A stretch of 64,000 nucleotides of DNA from positions 1 to 64,000 of the forward strand of contig JAYOTF010000005.1 of the NCBI GenBank assembly GCA_038150265.1, read 5' to 3'. Source of the DNA: Deltaproteobacteria bacterium. Its GTDB lineage: Bacteria; SAR324; NAC60-12. The position numbers and the translations under genes are program-made. Shown piece by piece: positions 29,987-41,849 of this stretch (the first letter of the stretch is position 1; every line of letters begins with the position of its first letter). The notes under the pieces are model-generated. The model worked only from the letters and a program-made list of their open reading frames with translations. It was not told the origin of the DNA and made no database searches.

Positions 29987-31525
29987 ATGGCCCCTTCTTC
30001 CTCTCTGCCAGCGTCTTCCCGAACGGCCCTTCAGCGGGTGTTTCAGGGGCTGGTGGGGCTTGGCTTTGTGACCCTGCTCTATGTGGCGTGGCGGGTGTAC
30101 CTGGTGGGGCAGGCGCTCTTTGGGGCCTGTGTGCTGCTGGTCGCCCTGGGGTTCCTCTTCATTTTTGGGCTCCGGCGGTTTTACTTCGCACGCTTCATCT
30201 TCCCAGGCATCAGCACGATGCTGCTGTTTGTCCTCTTCCCCATCTTCTACACCATCTACCTCGGCTTCACCAACTACGGCTCCTTCAACCTTCTCAGCTT
30301 TGAACGGGTCACGGAGGTGCTGCTGAGCGCGAAGGCGGTTGACGCCACCACCGAGCGTCCGTTTGTGCTGGTCGCTGAGGGAACGCAGTATCGCGTGTTT
30401 CTTCCGGAAGAAACGGGTGGGGTGCTTTCCGCACCACTGGCGCTGGAAGGCGAGCCCGAGCAGGTGGCCGCTGAGCGGGTGGCTGAAGCCCCGGAAGGAA
30501 CGCTGAGCCTCAAGGAGGTGGTCCAGCGCCGCAATGCCCTGAATGCCCTCTCAGTCGTGCTTCCGGATGGGACGGAACTCAAAGCGACGGGGCTCCGGAA
30601 GTTTGCGGCGGTGCAGCCCGAGTATGAACTTCAGGAAGACGGCACCCTGCTCAGTCACACCGGGGCGGTGCTGACTCCGGACCCGACAACCGGCTTTTAC
30701 CGGACAGCCGACGGTGAGAAGGTCACCCCTGGTTGGCGGACCTTCATTGGGTGGGAGAACTTCGTCCGCATCTTTCTGTCTGAAGGCATCCGGGCCCCCA
30801 TGATTCAGATCTTCACCTGGACGCTCGTCTTTGCCACGGCGTCGGTGCTGCTGACGTTTGGGCTGGGGCTGTTGCTGGCGCTGGTCCTTCAGTGGCCCCA
30901 CCTGCGCTTCAAGACGGCCTACCGCATCCTCCTCATTTTGCCGTACGCGGTTCCGGCCTTCATCTCGATCCTGGTGTTCCGGGGGCTCTTTAACCAGAAT
31001 TTTGGCGAGATTAACCTGATCCTGGAGGCGCTGTTTCAGCTCCGCCCCTCGTGGTTTACGGATGAGACGCTGGCCCGGACGATGATCCTCATCGTCAACA
31101 CGTGGCTGGGTTATCCGTACATGATGCTGCTGGCGATGGGCTTCCTGCAGTCGATTCCACAGGATCATCAGAAGGCCGCAGCGCTGGAGGGGGCCGGGGT
31201 GTTCCGGGTCTTCTTCTCGATCACCCTGCCCCAGATCCTGCCGCCGTTCCTGCCGCTGCTGCTGGCATCTTTTGCCTTTAACTTCAACAACATCGTCTTG
31301 ATTCTACTCCTCACTCGGGGCCTTCCGGACATTCCCGGAACCGTCATTCCTGCAGGAGAAACCGACATCCTGGGCTCCTTCACCTACCGGATCGCCTTCA
31401 TGGACAGTGGCACGCAGTTTGGCCTGGCAGGAGCCATCACCCTGCTGATCTTCGTGGTGGTCTCGCTCCTGGCGTACGCCAACTTTGTGGCGATGCGTCG
31501 AGCCACGGCTGAGAGGCTCCCATGA
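29987..31525 (+). CDS. malF: Maltose ABC permease with large periplasmic loop
   Basis: FTNYGSFNLLSFER, ILPYAVPAFIS, NTWLGYPYMM, FAFNFNN. Confidence 0.92.
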   Translation: MAPSSSLPASSRTALQRVFQGLVGLGFVTLLYVAWRVYLVGQALFGACVLLVALGFLFIFGLRRFYFARFIFPGISTMLLFVLFPIFYTIYLGFTNYGSFNLLSFERVTEVLLSAKAVDATTERPFVLVAEGTQYRVFLPEETGGVLSAPLALEGEPEQVAAERVAEAPEGTLSLKEVVQRRNALNALSVVLPDGTELKATGLRKFAAVQPEYELQEDGTLLSHTGAVLTPDPTTGFYRTADGEKVTPGWRTFIGWENFVRIFLSEGIRAPMIQIFTWTLVFATASVLLTFGLGLLLALVLQWPHLRFKTAYRILLILPYAVPAFISILVFRGLFNQNFGEINLILEALFQLRPSWFTDETLARTMILIVNTWLGYPYMMLLAMGFLQSIPQDHQKAAALEGAGVFRVFFSITLPQILPPFLPLLLASFAFNFNNIVLILLLTRGLPDIPGTVIPAGETDILGSFTYRIAFMDSGTQFGLAGAITLLIFVVVSLLAYANFVAMRRATAERLP

Positions 31526-32412
31526 TTGTGGAACGTCCCCGGACGCTGCTGCTGAAGAAGCTCCTGGCCCACGGCTTCCTGCTGACCTTTCTGGCGCTGA
31601 TCCTCTTCCCATTTTTGATGGTGGTGTCGATCTCGTTCCGGGAAGGCAACTTCACCATTGGCTCGCTCATTCCGGAGCAGCCCACGCTGGAACACTGGTA
31701 CCTGGCTCTTGGGCTGGACTACACCCGAGCCGATGGAACCGTGGTCACGCCACCGTATCCGGTGCTGCTGTGGATGTTCAACTCGGTCAAGGTGGGCCTG
31801 ATCGCGGCTTCCGGAGTGCTGGCGATTGCGACCCTCTCGGCCTACGCTTTCAGCCGCATCCCCTTCCGGGGGCGTGCCGGGTTGCTGGATTCGCTCTTCA
31901 TCATCCAGATGTTCCCGACCACCCTGGCGCTGGTGGCGCTCTACTCGATCTTCGACTCGATGGGGGACCTCTCAGCGCGTATCGGCATCGACAGCCACCT
32001 TTCGCTGGTGCTCGTGTACCTCTCCGGTGTGATGATGCACATCTGGACGATCAAGGGCTACTTTGACCGCATCGACTCGTCGCTGGACAAGGCCGCTGCC
32101 ATTGATGGCGCCACCCCGTGGCAGACGTTCCGGTACGTCTTTCTGCCGCTGGCAGTGCCCATCATGTCGGTGGTGTTTGTGCTGGTTTTCATCAGCGTGA
32201 TCAACGACTACCCGCTGGCGTCCGTGCTGATTCGTTCGGAGGAGAACCTGACCCTGGCGGTGGGGTCGCGGCTGTACCTGAATGAGTTCAAGTACCTGTG
32301 GGGGGATTTTGCGGCAGCAGCGATCCTGTCCGGACTGCCCATCACCGCTGTCTTCCTGATCGCCCAGCGCTACCTCGTCTCCGGACTTTCGGAAGGAGCG
32401 GTGAAGGGCTGA
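31522..32412 (+). CDS. malG: Maltose ABC permease
   Basis: SLIPEQPTLEHW, QMFP, IWTIKGYFD, WGDFAAAAILSGLP. Confidence 0.93.
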   Translation: MIVERPRTLLLKKLLAHGFLLTFLALILFPFLMVVSISFREGNFTIGSLIPEQPTLEHWYLALGLDYTRADGTVVTPPYPVLLWMFNSVKVGLIAASGVLAIATLSAYAFSRIPFRGRAGLLDSLFIIQMFPTTLALVALYSIFDSMGDLSARIGIDSHLSLVLVYLSGVMMHIWTIKGYFDRIDSSLDKAAAIDGATPWQTFRYVFLPLAVPIMSVVFVLVFISVINDYPLASVLIRSEENLTLAVGSRLYLNEFKYLWGDFAAAAILSGLPITAVFLIAQRYLVSGLSEGAVKG

Positions 32413-32424
32413 GCCGGGGCTTGG

Positions 32425-34233
<1,809 letters not shown>

Positions 34234-34284
34234 CAGCTTCCGTGCGTTTGCGTCCAAGGGGGGAAATCAAATGAAGTGGCTAGA

Positions 34285-34313
34285 ACTATAGTGAGAACCG
34301 GGCTGATTGTCAA
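34285..34313 (-). promoter_or_regulatory. Near-consensus sigma70 promoter of parE
   Basis: Minus strand TTGACA-N17-TATAGT. Confidence 0.75.
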
Positions 34314-34627
34314 AGGAGCGCCAGTTCCAGGTGGGGGTAGGGGAGCTCAAACGACTGCGCCTCGGGAGTGCCCGAGGCATGCAGGAGCTGGATGCCCAGA
34401 AACGAGGAGTGAAAGGTCAGGTAGGCCTGGGTGTGCCCTGATGCCAGCGGCGCCTCAAGGGTCAGTTCCGTTTCGGTGAGAATGGAGCCGCAGAGGTCCA
34501 GCTCGAGCACCTCCTCCAGGCGTCCCTGCAGGTCCGGGAGTTCCGGGTTCTCAGGGGCTGTGAGGCGGACCGGGTGCTGAGGATGCTGCCGGCACCACGC
34601 GATGGCGGTTTCCCGAGTCCAGTCCAT
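34310..34627 (-). CDS. Hypothetical protein (105 aa)
   Basis: ATG 1 nt after the obgE stop, fills the gap to the parE promoter, no recognised domain. Confidence 0.7.
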   Translation of the reverse strand: MDWTRETAIAWCRQHPQHPVRLTAPENPELPDLQGRLEEVLELDLCGSILTETELTLEAPLASGHTQAYLTFHSSFLGIQLLHASGTPEAQSFELPYPHLELALL

Positions 34628-34628
34628 G

Positions 34629-35690
34629 TCAGTCTTCCCAGATCGAGTAATCAGGTGGGGTCTCGGCTTCCTCGGCCCATCGGTCGTGCCGGGCCTGATG
34701 AACGATGCCGGCCAGGTGCCGGAGCAGGTCGTTCAGGCCCTGCCCTGCCACCGAGGAGATCCGGAACACCGACTCTCCGGCTGCTTGTAACGCCTGCTCG
34801 ACTTCAGCGACCTCGGCTTCCTCGCTGATGCTGTCGAGCTTGGTCAGGGCCACCGCCCGGGGCTTTTCCAGCAGCGACGACTCGTAGAGGCCGAGCTCGT
34901 TGATCAGCATCTCGTATTCCTCAAGCGGGGGATGCTCGGAAAAGCCCGAGACGTCGAGCAGCAGCAGCAGCATGGCGGTCCGCTCAATGTGCCGCAGGAA
35001 GCGATCGCCAAGGCCTCGGCCTTCGTGGGCGCCTTCGATGATGCCGGGAATGTCGGCAATGACAAAGGGGTCGAACTCGTCATGCTTGACGACGCCCAGC
35101 TGCGGAACCAGGGTGGTGAAGGGGTAGTCGGCAATCTTGGGCGTGGCCTTGGAAACGGAGCTGATGAGGGTGGACTTTCCGGCATTGGGGAAGCCAACCA
35201 GGCCGACATCGGCCATCAGCTTCAGCTCCAGCCGGACCCACATCTCGACGCCGTCCTCTCCGGGCTGGTGGAAGTCGGGGGCTCGGTTCCGGGAGGTCTT
35301 GAAGCTGGCGTTGCCGCGTCCGCCGCGTCCGCCTTCCAGGAAGCGATACGGGCGGGGCTCCAGAATTTCCAGCAGCACCTCCTCCTGATTTTCCTCATCC
35401 TTGACGACGGTTCCGAGCGGGACGGGGATGTAGAGGTCTTCGCCGTTGCGTCCCTGCTTGTCGCTTCCGCCACCGGCCTGTCCGTTTCCGGCATGCTGGT
35501 GTTGCTGAAAGGCAAGGTCGAGGAGGGTGGCGTGATTGTGGTCTCCCACAAAGTAAACGTCGCCGCCCTTGCCGCCGTTTCCACCGTTGGGGCCGCCCAT
35601 GGCGACAAACTTCTCACGCCGGAAGGCGGTGCAGCCGGAGCCTCCGCTTCCGGAGCGAACCTGGATCTTGACAGAATCAACAAACTTCAC
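34629..35690 (-). CDS. obgE: GTPase ObgE/CgtA
   Basis: FRREKFV.MGGPNGGNGGKGG, LELKLMADVGLVGFPNAGKST, IADYPFTTL, DIPG, FLRHIER. Confidence 0.97.
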   Translation of the reverse strand: MKFVDSVKIQVRSGSGGSGCTAFRREKFVAMGGPNGGNGGKGGDVYFVGDHNHATLLDLAFQQHQHAGNGQAGGGSDKQGRNGEDLYIPVPLGTVVKDEENQEEVLLEILEPRPYRFLEGGRGGRGNASFKTSRNRAPDFHQPGEDGVEMWVRLELKLMADVGLVGFPNAGKSTLISSVSKATPKIADYPFTTLVPQLGVVKHDEFDPFVIADIPGIIEGAHEGRGLGDRFLRHIERTAMLLLLLDVSGFSEHPPLEEYEMLINELGLYESSLLEKPRAVALTKLDSISEEAEVAEVEQALQAAGESVFRISSVAGQGLNDLLRHLAGIVHQARHDRWAEEAETPPDYSIWED

Positions 35691-35693
35691 GGA

Positions 35694-36815
35694 TCAACTC
35701 GTTCCGGGTTCAAAAAAGGCCACAAAGGCATCGGGTAGTTCCAATTCTAGCTGCTGATTGAGGTGAACCACAAACGGATGCAGCGCTTGCTTGAGGCATT
35801 CGGCGTATCCGGGGGTACCGGGCTCGGCGGTGAGTTCCTGATACTGCTGCCCCGCGAGACGGAGGATGACCTTGGCGTGCCGAGGCGCCTCGTCTCCTTC
35901 CTGGAGGGATTCCAGCAGGTCGGCATCCGAGGTCCCGACCAGGAGGTAGGTAAAGGAGTGCTCAAAGCGGAGCACATGAAAGGGCTGGAGGACCCCCAGG
36001 CGATCCCGCAGGGTTTCCAGAAATTGGGAAAACTGCTCCCGCCGTTCTTCCGTCTCCCAGAACTCGAGGGAGGTCGTGTTGAGCTGTGGGTGCGTGGTGG
36101 CGTTGCACAGCCGGAAGAACTCCTGGTGCTCATAGAGGAGGATGTCCGGGTGAGCCTCCAGGTTGGGGCCCTGTTGCTCCAGGGCATGGAAGGTCTCCTG
36201 CAGGGCCGATTCGGAAAGCAGGGCCTCCTTTGTCTGGGCCCGTTGCTCCAGCTGCCCCTGCTTCCACTCTTCCAGAAAGCGCGTCTTGAGGCCGAGGTAC
36301 TCGGCAAAGGTCGAGGACGTCAGCACCTCCCGGATGTCGCCGTCAAGGTCATGGGCCTCGTTTTCCAGGTCAATCTCCTGCAGCAAGGCCTCCAGCTGTG
36401 GGAGGCTTTCAGCATCAGGGTAGGCCTTCTGGAGCTGCTTGAGGGTCCGGAGGGTGCGCTTGAGCTTGAGGACCGTGCGGTGCTTGTATTCCTCAGGCGT
36501 GCAGGCCTGGGGCTCGGTTTCCTCAAACACCTCACAGGGCAGACGGGCGCCATTGGGTCCCGGCAGCGAGACCGCCCAGGCCGGATTCTTCGGAAGCCCC
36601 TTTCCTGCCAGCAGCAGGTCGACCAGTGTGGCCTGCACCCAGGGCACCACGTCTCCGAGCAGCGGAATCTGGGCAAGGCGCTGCTGGACGCGCTGAAAGT
36701 ACCGGGCTGCCGCCTGCTGGCGCTGCTGGCGCGGGCTGGGGTCTTCTGCACCTTCCGAAGAGGAACGCGTCGCGTTCGGATAGAGAGTCAGCTTCAAGTC
36801 AGCATCATCCGGCAT
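35694..36815 (-). CDS. Hypothetical protein (373 aa, helical, acidic)
   Basis: Long ORF ending 3 nt before the obgE start; no recognised domain. Confidence 0.75.
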   Translation of the reverse strand: MPDDADLKLTLYPNATRSSSEGAEDPSPRQQRQQAAARYFQRVQQRLAQIPLLGDVVPWVQATLVDLLLAGKGLPKNPAWAVSLPGPNGARLPCEVFEETEPQACTPEEYKHRTVLKLKRTLRTLKQLQKAYPDAESLPQLEALLQEIDLENEAHDLDGDIREVLTSSTFAEYLGLKTRFLEEWKQGQLEQRAQTKEALLSESALQETFHALEQQGPNLEAHPDILLYEHQEFFRLCNATTHPQLNTTSLEFWETEERREQFSQFLETLRDRLGVLQPFHVLRFEHSFTYLLVGTSDADLLESLQEGDEAPRHAKVILRLAGQQYQELTAEPGTPGYAECLKQALHPFVVHLNQQLELELPDAFVAFFEPGTS

Positions 36816-36966
36816 GGTGCATCCTGCTTTGAAAAAGCCATGAGGTTAAGATAACCTTCCAAGAAGGGCAAGTGGCTTCGCTTGACCTGCACGCCTGCCC
36901 GCCGTCTGGAACATCCGCTTTGTTAATGGGCTCTCCGGAGCCTGTCTTTTGAGGCCTGAAACCCTT

Positions 36967-37350
36967 ATGGAAACAGCTACCACACGAGGCTTTGAAGTCT
37001 CTGTTGAATCGTTTTATCTGGAAGAACACTCGGTTCCCGAGGAAGACCGTTACACCTTTGCCTACCGCATCCGCTTGCACAACAAAGGCGCGGAGACCGT
37101 ACAGCTCATCAGCCGGCACTGGATCATCACCGACAGCACCGGCGAGGTGACCGAGGTTCAGGGTGAAGGCGTGGTGGGCGAGCAACCGGTTCTGGCTCCG
37201 GGGGAGGAGCACGAGTACACCAGCGGCTCCCACCTGAAGTCACCGATGGGGACCATGCAGGGAACCTACCAGATGCGAACCTCATCGGGCGAGACCTTTG
37301 ATGCCGAAATCCCCTGCTTCACCCTGGCGGGACCAACGCTGGTGAACTAA
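36967..37350 (+). CDS. apaG: ApaG protein
   Basis: FAYRIRLHN, QLISRHWIITD, GEGVVGEQP, YTSG, GTMQGTYQM. Confidence 0.96.
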   Translation: METATTRGFEVSVESFYLEEHSVPEEDRYTFAYRIRLHNKGAETVQLISRHWIITDSTGEVTEVQGEGVVGEQPVLAPGEEHEYTSGSHLKSPMGTMQGTYQMRTSSGETFDAEIPCFTLAGPTLVN

Positions 37351-38243
37351 ACGGGCGGCTGCATCGTGGAGCGGATCGCCTCGGCCATCTGCTGATAACA
37401 CAGGGTCCGGCGAGACGACTTCCGGAAGAGCAGCCCAATCTTGCGAGAGGGCTGAGGCGCTTCAAAGGGCAGGTAGTGGACCGGCAGCGAACGGGTGGAG
37501 TTGCCCTGAACCGCCAGCTCCGGCATCAACGTGACTCCCATTCCTGCAGACACCATGTGCCGCAGCGTTTCGAGGCTGGTGCCCTGAAAGCCCTGACTCT
37601 CTGTGGCTCCCGCAAGGGTGCACACCTCAAGCGCCTGATCCCGCAGACAGTGCCCATCTTCCAGCAGCAAGATGGCCTCCTGGTGCAGGTCCTGAATCTG
37701 GGCGTACTGACGGTCGGCAAGGGGGTGCGCCTCCGGAACCGCCAGCCAGAAGGCTTCATCGTACAACTCCAGCACCTCCAGCCCCGTCAGGTCGACGGGG
37801 AGCGCCAGGATCACCGCATCCAGCTCCACGGCCTTGAGCCGCTCCAGCAACCGGTGGGTTTGCTCCTCAAAGAGAAACAGCTCCAGCTTCGGAAGCGCAG
37901 TGCGGATGGCCGACATGATGGCCGGAAGCAAGTAGGGCGCAACCGTTGGAATCAGTCCAAGCCGCACCTTGCCCCGGAGCGGGTCATTGAACGTCTGGGC
38001 GATCTCCTCGATCTGCTCCGCTTCAGCCAGGATCAGGCGCGCCCGACGCACCACTTCCTGTCCGACCGGAGTCAGGTTGACGCTCCGGCGGGTCCGCTCA
38101 ACCAACTGAACTCCCAGGTACTCCTCCAGCTTCCGGAGCTGCCCGCTGAGCGTCGGTTGCGTCACAAAGCACTTTTCGGAAGCCTTCCGAAAGTTTCGGA
38201 ACTCGTCCAGGGCGACGAGGTACTCCAGGTCACGCAGATTCAT
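37347..38243 (-). CDS. oxyR: Hydrogen peroxide-inducible LysR regulator
   Basis: MNLRDLEYLVAL, VTQPTLS, LLEDGHCLRDQALEVC (both redox Cys), TSLETLRHMV. Confidence 0.95.
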   Translation of the reverse strand: MNLRDLEYLVALDEFRNFRKASEKCFVTQPTLSGQLRKLEEYLGVQLVERTRRSVNLTPVGQEVVRRARLILAEAEQIEEIAQTFNDPLRGKVRLGLIPTVAPYLLPAIMSAIRTALPKLELFLFEEQTHRLLERLKAVELDAVILALPVDLTGLEVLELYDEAFWLAVPEAHPLADRQYAQIQDLHQEAILLLEDGHCLRDQALEVCTLAGATESQGFQGTSLETLRHMVSAGMGVTLMPELAVQGNSTRSLPVHYLPFEAPQPSRKIGLLFRKSSRRTLCYQQMAEAIRSTMQPPV

Positions 38244-38272
38244 GAATCTTCCAAATGAAAAGTTGGGCGGAC

Positions 38273-38309
38273 ATTGATAAAACCTATCAAAACCACGGAA
38301 AAAATCAAT
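38273..38309. promoter_or_regulatory. OxyR binding box
   Basis: ATTG-N7-CTAT-N7-ACGG-N7-CAAT fits the ATAG-N7-CTAT-N7-ATAG-N7-CTAT spacing, between divergent oxyR and reductase. Confidence 0.75.
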
Positions 38310-38419
38310 TGGACAATCCGGACGCAGGCATTTAGTTTGGAATCATGTCTTGATGGCTGAATTCAAGTGAATCAGCCTCTCATCCTTGTTTTCCTTCAGG
38401 AACTGTTCAGGAGTTGCTT

Positions 38420-39844
38420 ATGAGTGCTGTTCCGCTGCAAAAAGAAGTTGATGTGGCCATCATTGGGGCCGGAAGTGCGGGCCTGCCCGCGTACCGAGCC
38501 GCCCGAGCCTACACGGACCGCGTCGTGATGATTGAAGGTGGCCCTTACGGAACGACCTGTGCGCGGGTGGGGTGCATGCCGAGCAAGCTCTTGATTGCCG
38601 CCTCGGAAGCCGTTCACGAGATCGAACGAGCCCACGGATTCGGAGTGCATGCGCCGGCTCCGGAAGTCAATGGGGTGGAGGTGATGGACCGCGTCCGGCG
38701 CGAGCGGGACCGCTTTGTGGGGTTTGTGGTGGAGAGCGTTGAGAACATCCCGGCAGAGCACCACATCCGTGGGTATGCCCGCTTTCTGGATCCGCACACC
38801 CTCCAGGTGGATGACCACACCCGCATTCAGGCCAAGCGCATCATCATTGCCACCGGGTCCTCGCCCAACGTCCTCCCGCTCTTTGAAGGCGCTGGTGATC
38901 GCCTGATCGTCAACGATGATGTCTTCAACTGGGAGCAACTGCCCCAGTCGGTGGCCGTGTTTGGTCCCGGAGTGATCGGTCTGGAGATTGGGCAGGCGCT
39001 GCATCGCCTCGGGGTGAAGATCCGGATGCTCGGCGTCGGCGGCTTCCTGGGGCCGCTGAGCGATCCGGACCTCAAGGACTACGCGACGCGCTTGTTTCAG
39101 TCGGAGTTTCCGCTGGATCCGGACGCGACCATCCTCGGGATGGAGCGCACGGAAGGCGGCGTCCGGGTGCGGTTTGTTGACTCACAAACCGGCACGGAGC
39201 AGACGGAAGAGTTTGAGTACGTCCTGGCTGCCACCGGACGGAAGCCCAACGTGAAGGGGCTGGCGCTGGAAAACTCCGGGCTGGAGCTCGACCCGCGCGG
39301 GGTGCCGGTGTTCAACCCGCAGACGATGCAGTGCGGAGACAGCCACATCTTCATTGCCGGTGACGTCAACCACTCCCTGCCGCTGCTGCACGAAGCGGCC
39401 GATGAGGGCAAGATCGCAGGCACCAACGCGGGACGCTTCCCGGATGTGCAGAAGGGGCTTCGGCGTTCCCAGCTCAGTGTGGTCTTCTGCGATCCGCAGA
39501 TCGCCATTGTGGGCAACTCTTGGCAAGAGCTGGGTGGAGCGAATTTTGTGGTGGGAAAGGTGTCGTTTGAGAACCAGGGCCGCAGCCGCGTGATGCTCCG
39601 CAACCGCGGGCTCCTGCACGTCTATGCGGATGCCACCTCCGGACGCTTCCTGGGAGCAGAAATCTTTGGGCCGCAGGCCGAGCACCTGGGGCACCTGCTG
39701 GCGTGGGCGCATCAGCAGCAAATGACGGTGGCGCAGATGCTGGAAATGCCGTTTTATCACCCGGTCATTGAAGAAGGCCTGCGGACGGCCCTCCGGGAGG
39801 CCCAGGCTCAGGTCCGGGTGGCAGAAACGCGTCAGGCGGCATGA
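38420..39844 (+). CDS. Dihydrolipoamide dehydrogenase-like pyridine nucleotide-disulfide oxidoreductase (oxyR-linked type)
   Basis: GAGSAG, TTCARVGCMPSK, GPGVIGLE, FYHPVIEEG. Confidence 0.9.
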   Translation: MSAVPLQKEVDVAIIGAGSAGLPAYRAARAYTDRVVMIEGGPYGTTCARVGCMPSKLLIAASEAVHEIERAHGFGVHAPAPEVNGVEVMDRVRRERDRFVGFVVESVENIPAEHHIRGYARFLDPHTLQVDDHTRIQAKRIIIATGSSPNVLPLFEGAGDRLIVNDDVFNWEQLPQSVAVFGPGVIGLEIGQALHRLGVKIRMLGVGGFLGPLSDPDLKDYATRLFQSEFPLDPDATILGMERTEGGVRVRFVDSQTGTEQTEEFEYVLAATGRKPNVKGLALENSGLELDPRGVPVFNPQTMQCGDSHIFIAGDVNHSLPLLHEAADEGKIAGTNAGRFPDVQKGLRRSQLSVVFCDPQIAIVGNSWQELGGANFVVGKVSFENQGRSRVMLRNRGLLHVYADATSGRFLGAEIFGPQAEHLGHLLAWAHQQQMTVAQMLEMPFYHPVIEEGLRTALREAQAQVRVAETRQAA

Positions 39845-39881
39845 ACCTCGGCGCCCGGCTCCCGAGTGGAGTCGGGTGCCT

Positions 39882-41828
39882 TCAGGACTGCAGGGCCGTC
39901 CGGAGGTGGGCAAACGCCTCCAGGCTCTCCGGGTTCGCCAACGCGGCCGTGTTTTCCACGGTCTCGCCTTCCAGGACCTGCAGCACCGCCTTTTCGACCT
40001 TCTTGCCCGAGATGGTCCGGGGGATGTCTGCCACCGCCAGCATCCGGGCCGGCACGTGGCGTGGCGTGGCATGCGTCCGGATGATCGCCCGAATCTTCTT
40101 CTCCAGCTCGTCGTTCAGTTCCAGGCCTTCCCGCAGAACAACAAAGAGCACCACCCGCACATCATCTTCCCAGGGCTGCCCCACTACGAGGCTGTCCACG
40201 ACCTCTTCCATGGCCTCCACCGGACGGTAGATCTCAGCAGTCCCGATGCGCACGCCTCCGGGATTGAGAACGGTGTCACTCCGTCCATAGACGATCACGC
40301 CGCCGCGCTCCGTGATTTCGACAAAGTCACCGTGGGCCCAGACGTCCGGAAAGCGGTCAAAGTAGGACTTTCGGTAACGCTGACCCTCCGGGTCGTTCCA
40401 GAAGAACACGGGCATGGACGGAAACGGGGTGGTGCACACCAGCTCCCCCTTTTCCCCCACCACGGGCTGACCTTCCGGCGAGAAGGCCGCGGTGCCCATT
40501 CCCAGCGGCAGGGATTGAATTTCCCCCCGGTACACCGGCAGGTTCGGGTTTCCGAGCATCAGGCAGCCCACGAGGTCGGTGCCACCGGAGATCGACATCA
40601 GGGGCATCTGGTCCGACACCGAGGCATAAACCCAGTCGAACAGCTCTTCTGAAAGCGGCGAGCCGGTGGACAGGATGGCCCGGAGCGACTGGAGGTTGTG
40701 GTGGTCCCTGGGGCAGTACCCCGCTTTCTGCACGGCTCCGAGGAACTTGGGGCTGGTGCCAAAGTGGGTGATGCGTTCCTCTTCCACCAACTCCCAGAGG
40801 CGAGAGACGTCCGGGAAGGTGGGCGCGCCATCGTAAAGAATCAGGGTGGCTCCAGAGGCGAGCCCACTGACCAGCCAGTTCCACATCATCCACCCGCAGG
40901 TGGTGTAGTAAAAGAAGCGGTCCCCCGGGTGGAGGTCGATGTGGTAGCGGTGCTCGCTGAGGTGCTTCAGCAGCACACCGCCAGACCCGTGGACGATCGA
41001 CTTGGGCAGGCCGGTGGTTCCGGAAGAGTAGAGGATCGCCAGCGGATGATCGAACGGAAGCTGCTCGAAGTGGGGGTCACTTGTTTCCGGAAGCCGCAGG
41101 TCATCCCAGGGCTCTTCGTTGGCCTGGAGCTCAATGGGAGAAGCGGTGAAGGGAATGACGAAGCGATGCTCAATGGAGGAGATGCGCTCAGCCACCTTGC
41201 GGACCTTCTCCAGGCAGTCGTGCTCCTTGCCATTGTAGTGGTAGGCGTTGACGGTGATGAGGACCTTCGGCTCAATCTGTCCAAGGCGGTCGTGGATGCC
41301 GCTGACACCAAAATCCGGAGAGCAGGAAGACCAGATGGCCCCGACGCTGGAGGACGCCAGCAGGCCAATGATGGCTTCCGGACTGTTGGTCACCACGGCT
41401 GCAACCCGATCTCCGGGCCCAATGCCGCGTTCCCGCAGGCCATGGGCGCATGCGTTGACGGCGTCTCGCAGCTCGGCGTAGCTCAGGCTCCGGCGGGTGC
41501 CCTCTTCTCCGACAAACCGGAGGGCTTCCTGATCGGCTGCGCCCCGGGCCAGGAGGTTTTCGGCAAAGTTGAGGCGTGCCCCAGGGAACCACTCGGTGCC
41601 GGGAAACCGAGGCGGCCCCATGACCTGCGTGTAGCCCTCGGAGGCAATCACCCCGGCATCGTCCCAGACGAGGCCCCAGAAGTCGGCCAGGTGCTCCACC
41701 GACCAGCGGTGCAGTTCCGGGTAGTCGGGGCGCTCCAGGGTGCCGGCATCTTGAAGCCGCTGCATCAGGTGCGTCATCCAGGTTCGGGAGAGCCAGTCTT
41801 CCGAGGGGGTCCAGAGGGGGAGATTCAT
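39882..41828 (-). CDS. Acetoacetate-CoA ligase
   Basis: WFPGARLNFAENLL, WSSCSPDFG, YSSGTTGLPK, TCGWMMWNW, SISGGTD, PRTISGKKVE. Confidence 0.94.
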   Translation of the reverse strand: MNLPLWTPSEDWLSRTWMTHLMQRLQDAGTLERPDYPELHRWSVEHLADFWGLVWDDAGVIASEGYTQVMGPPRFPGTEWFPGARLNFAENLLARGAADQEALRFVGEEGTRRSLSYAELRDAVNACAHGLRERGIGPGDRVAAVVTNSPEAIIGLLASSSVGAIWSSCSPDFGVSGIHDRLGQIEPKVLITVNAYHYNGKEHDCLEKVRKVAERISSIEHRFVIPFTASPIELQANEEPWDDLRLPETSDPHFEQLPFDHPLAILYSSGTTGLPKSIVHGSGGVLLKHLSEHRYHIDLHPGDRFFYYTTCGWMMWNWLVSGLASGATLILYDGAPTFPDVSRLWELVEEERITHFGTSPKFLGAVQKAGYCPRDHHNLQSLRAILSTGSPLSEELFDWVYASVSDQMPLMSISGGTDLVGCLMLGNPNLPVYRGEIQSLPLGMGTAAFSPEGQPVVGEKGELVCTTPFPSMPVFFWNDPEGQRYRKSYFDRFPDVWAHGDFVEITERGGVIVYGRSDTVLNPGGVRIGTAEIYRPVEAMEEVVDSLVVGQPWEDDVRVVLFVVLREGLELNDELEKKIRAIIRTHATPRHVPARMLAVADIPRTISGKKVEKAVLQVLEGETVENTAALANPESLEAFAHLRTALQS

Positions 41829-41849
41829 GTGTGCCTCCTTAGTGCAAAC

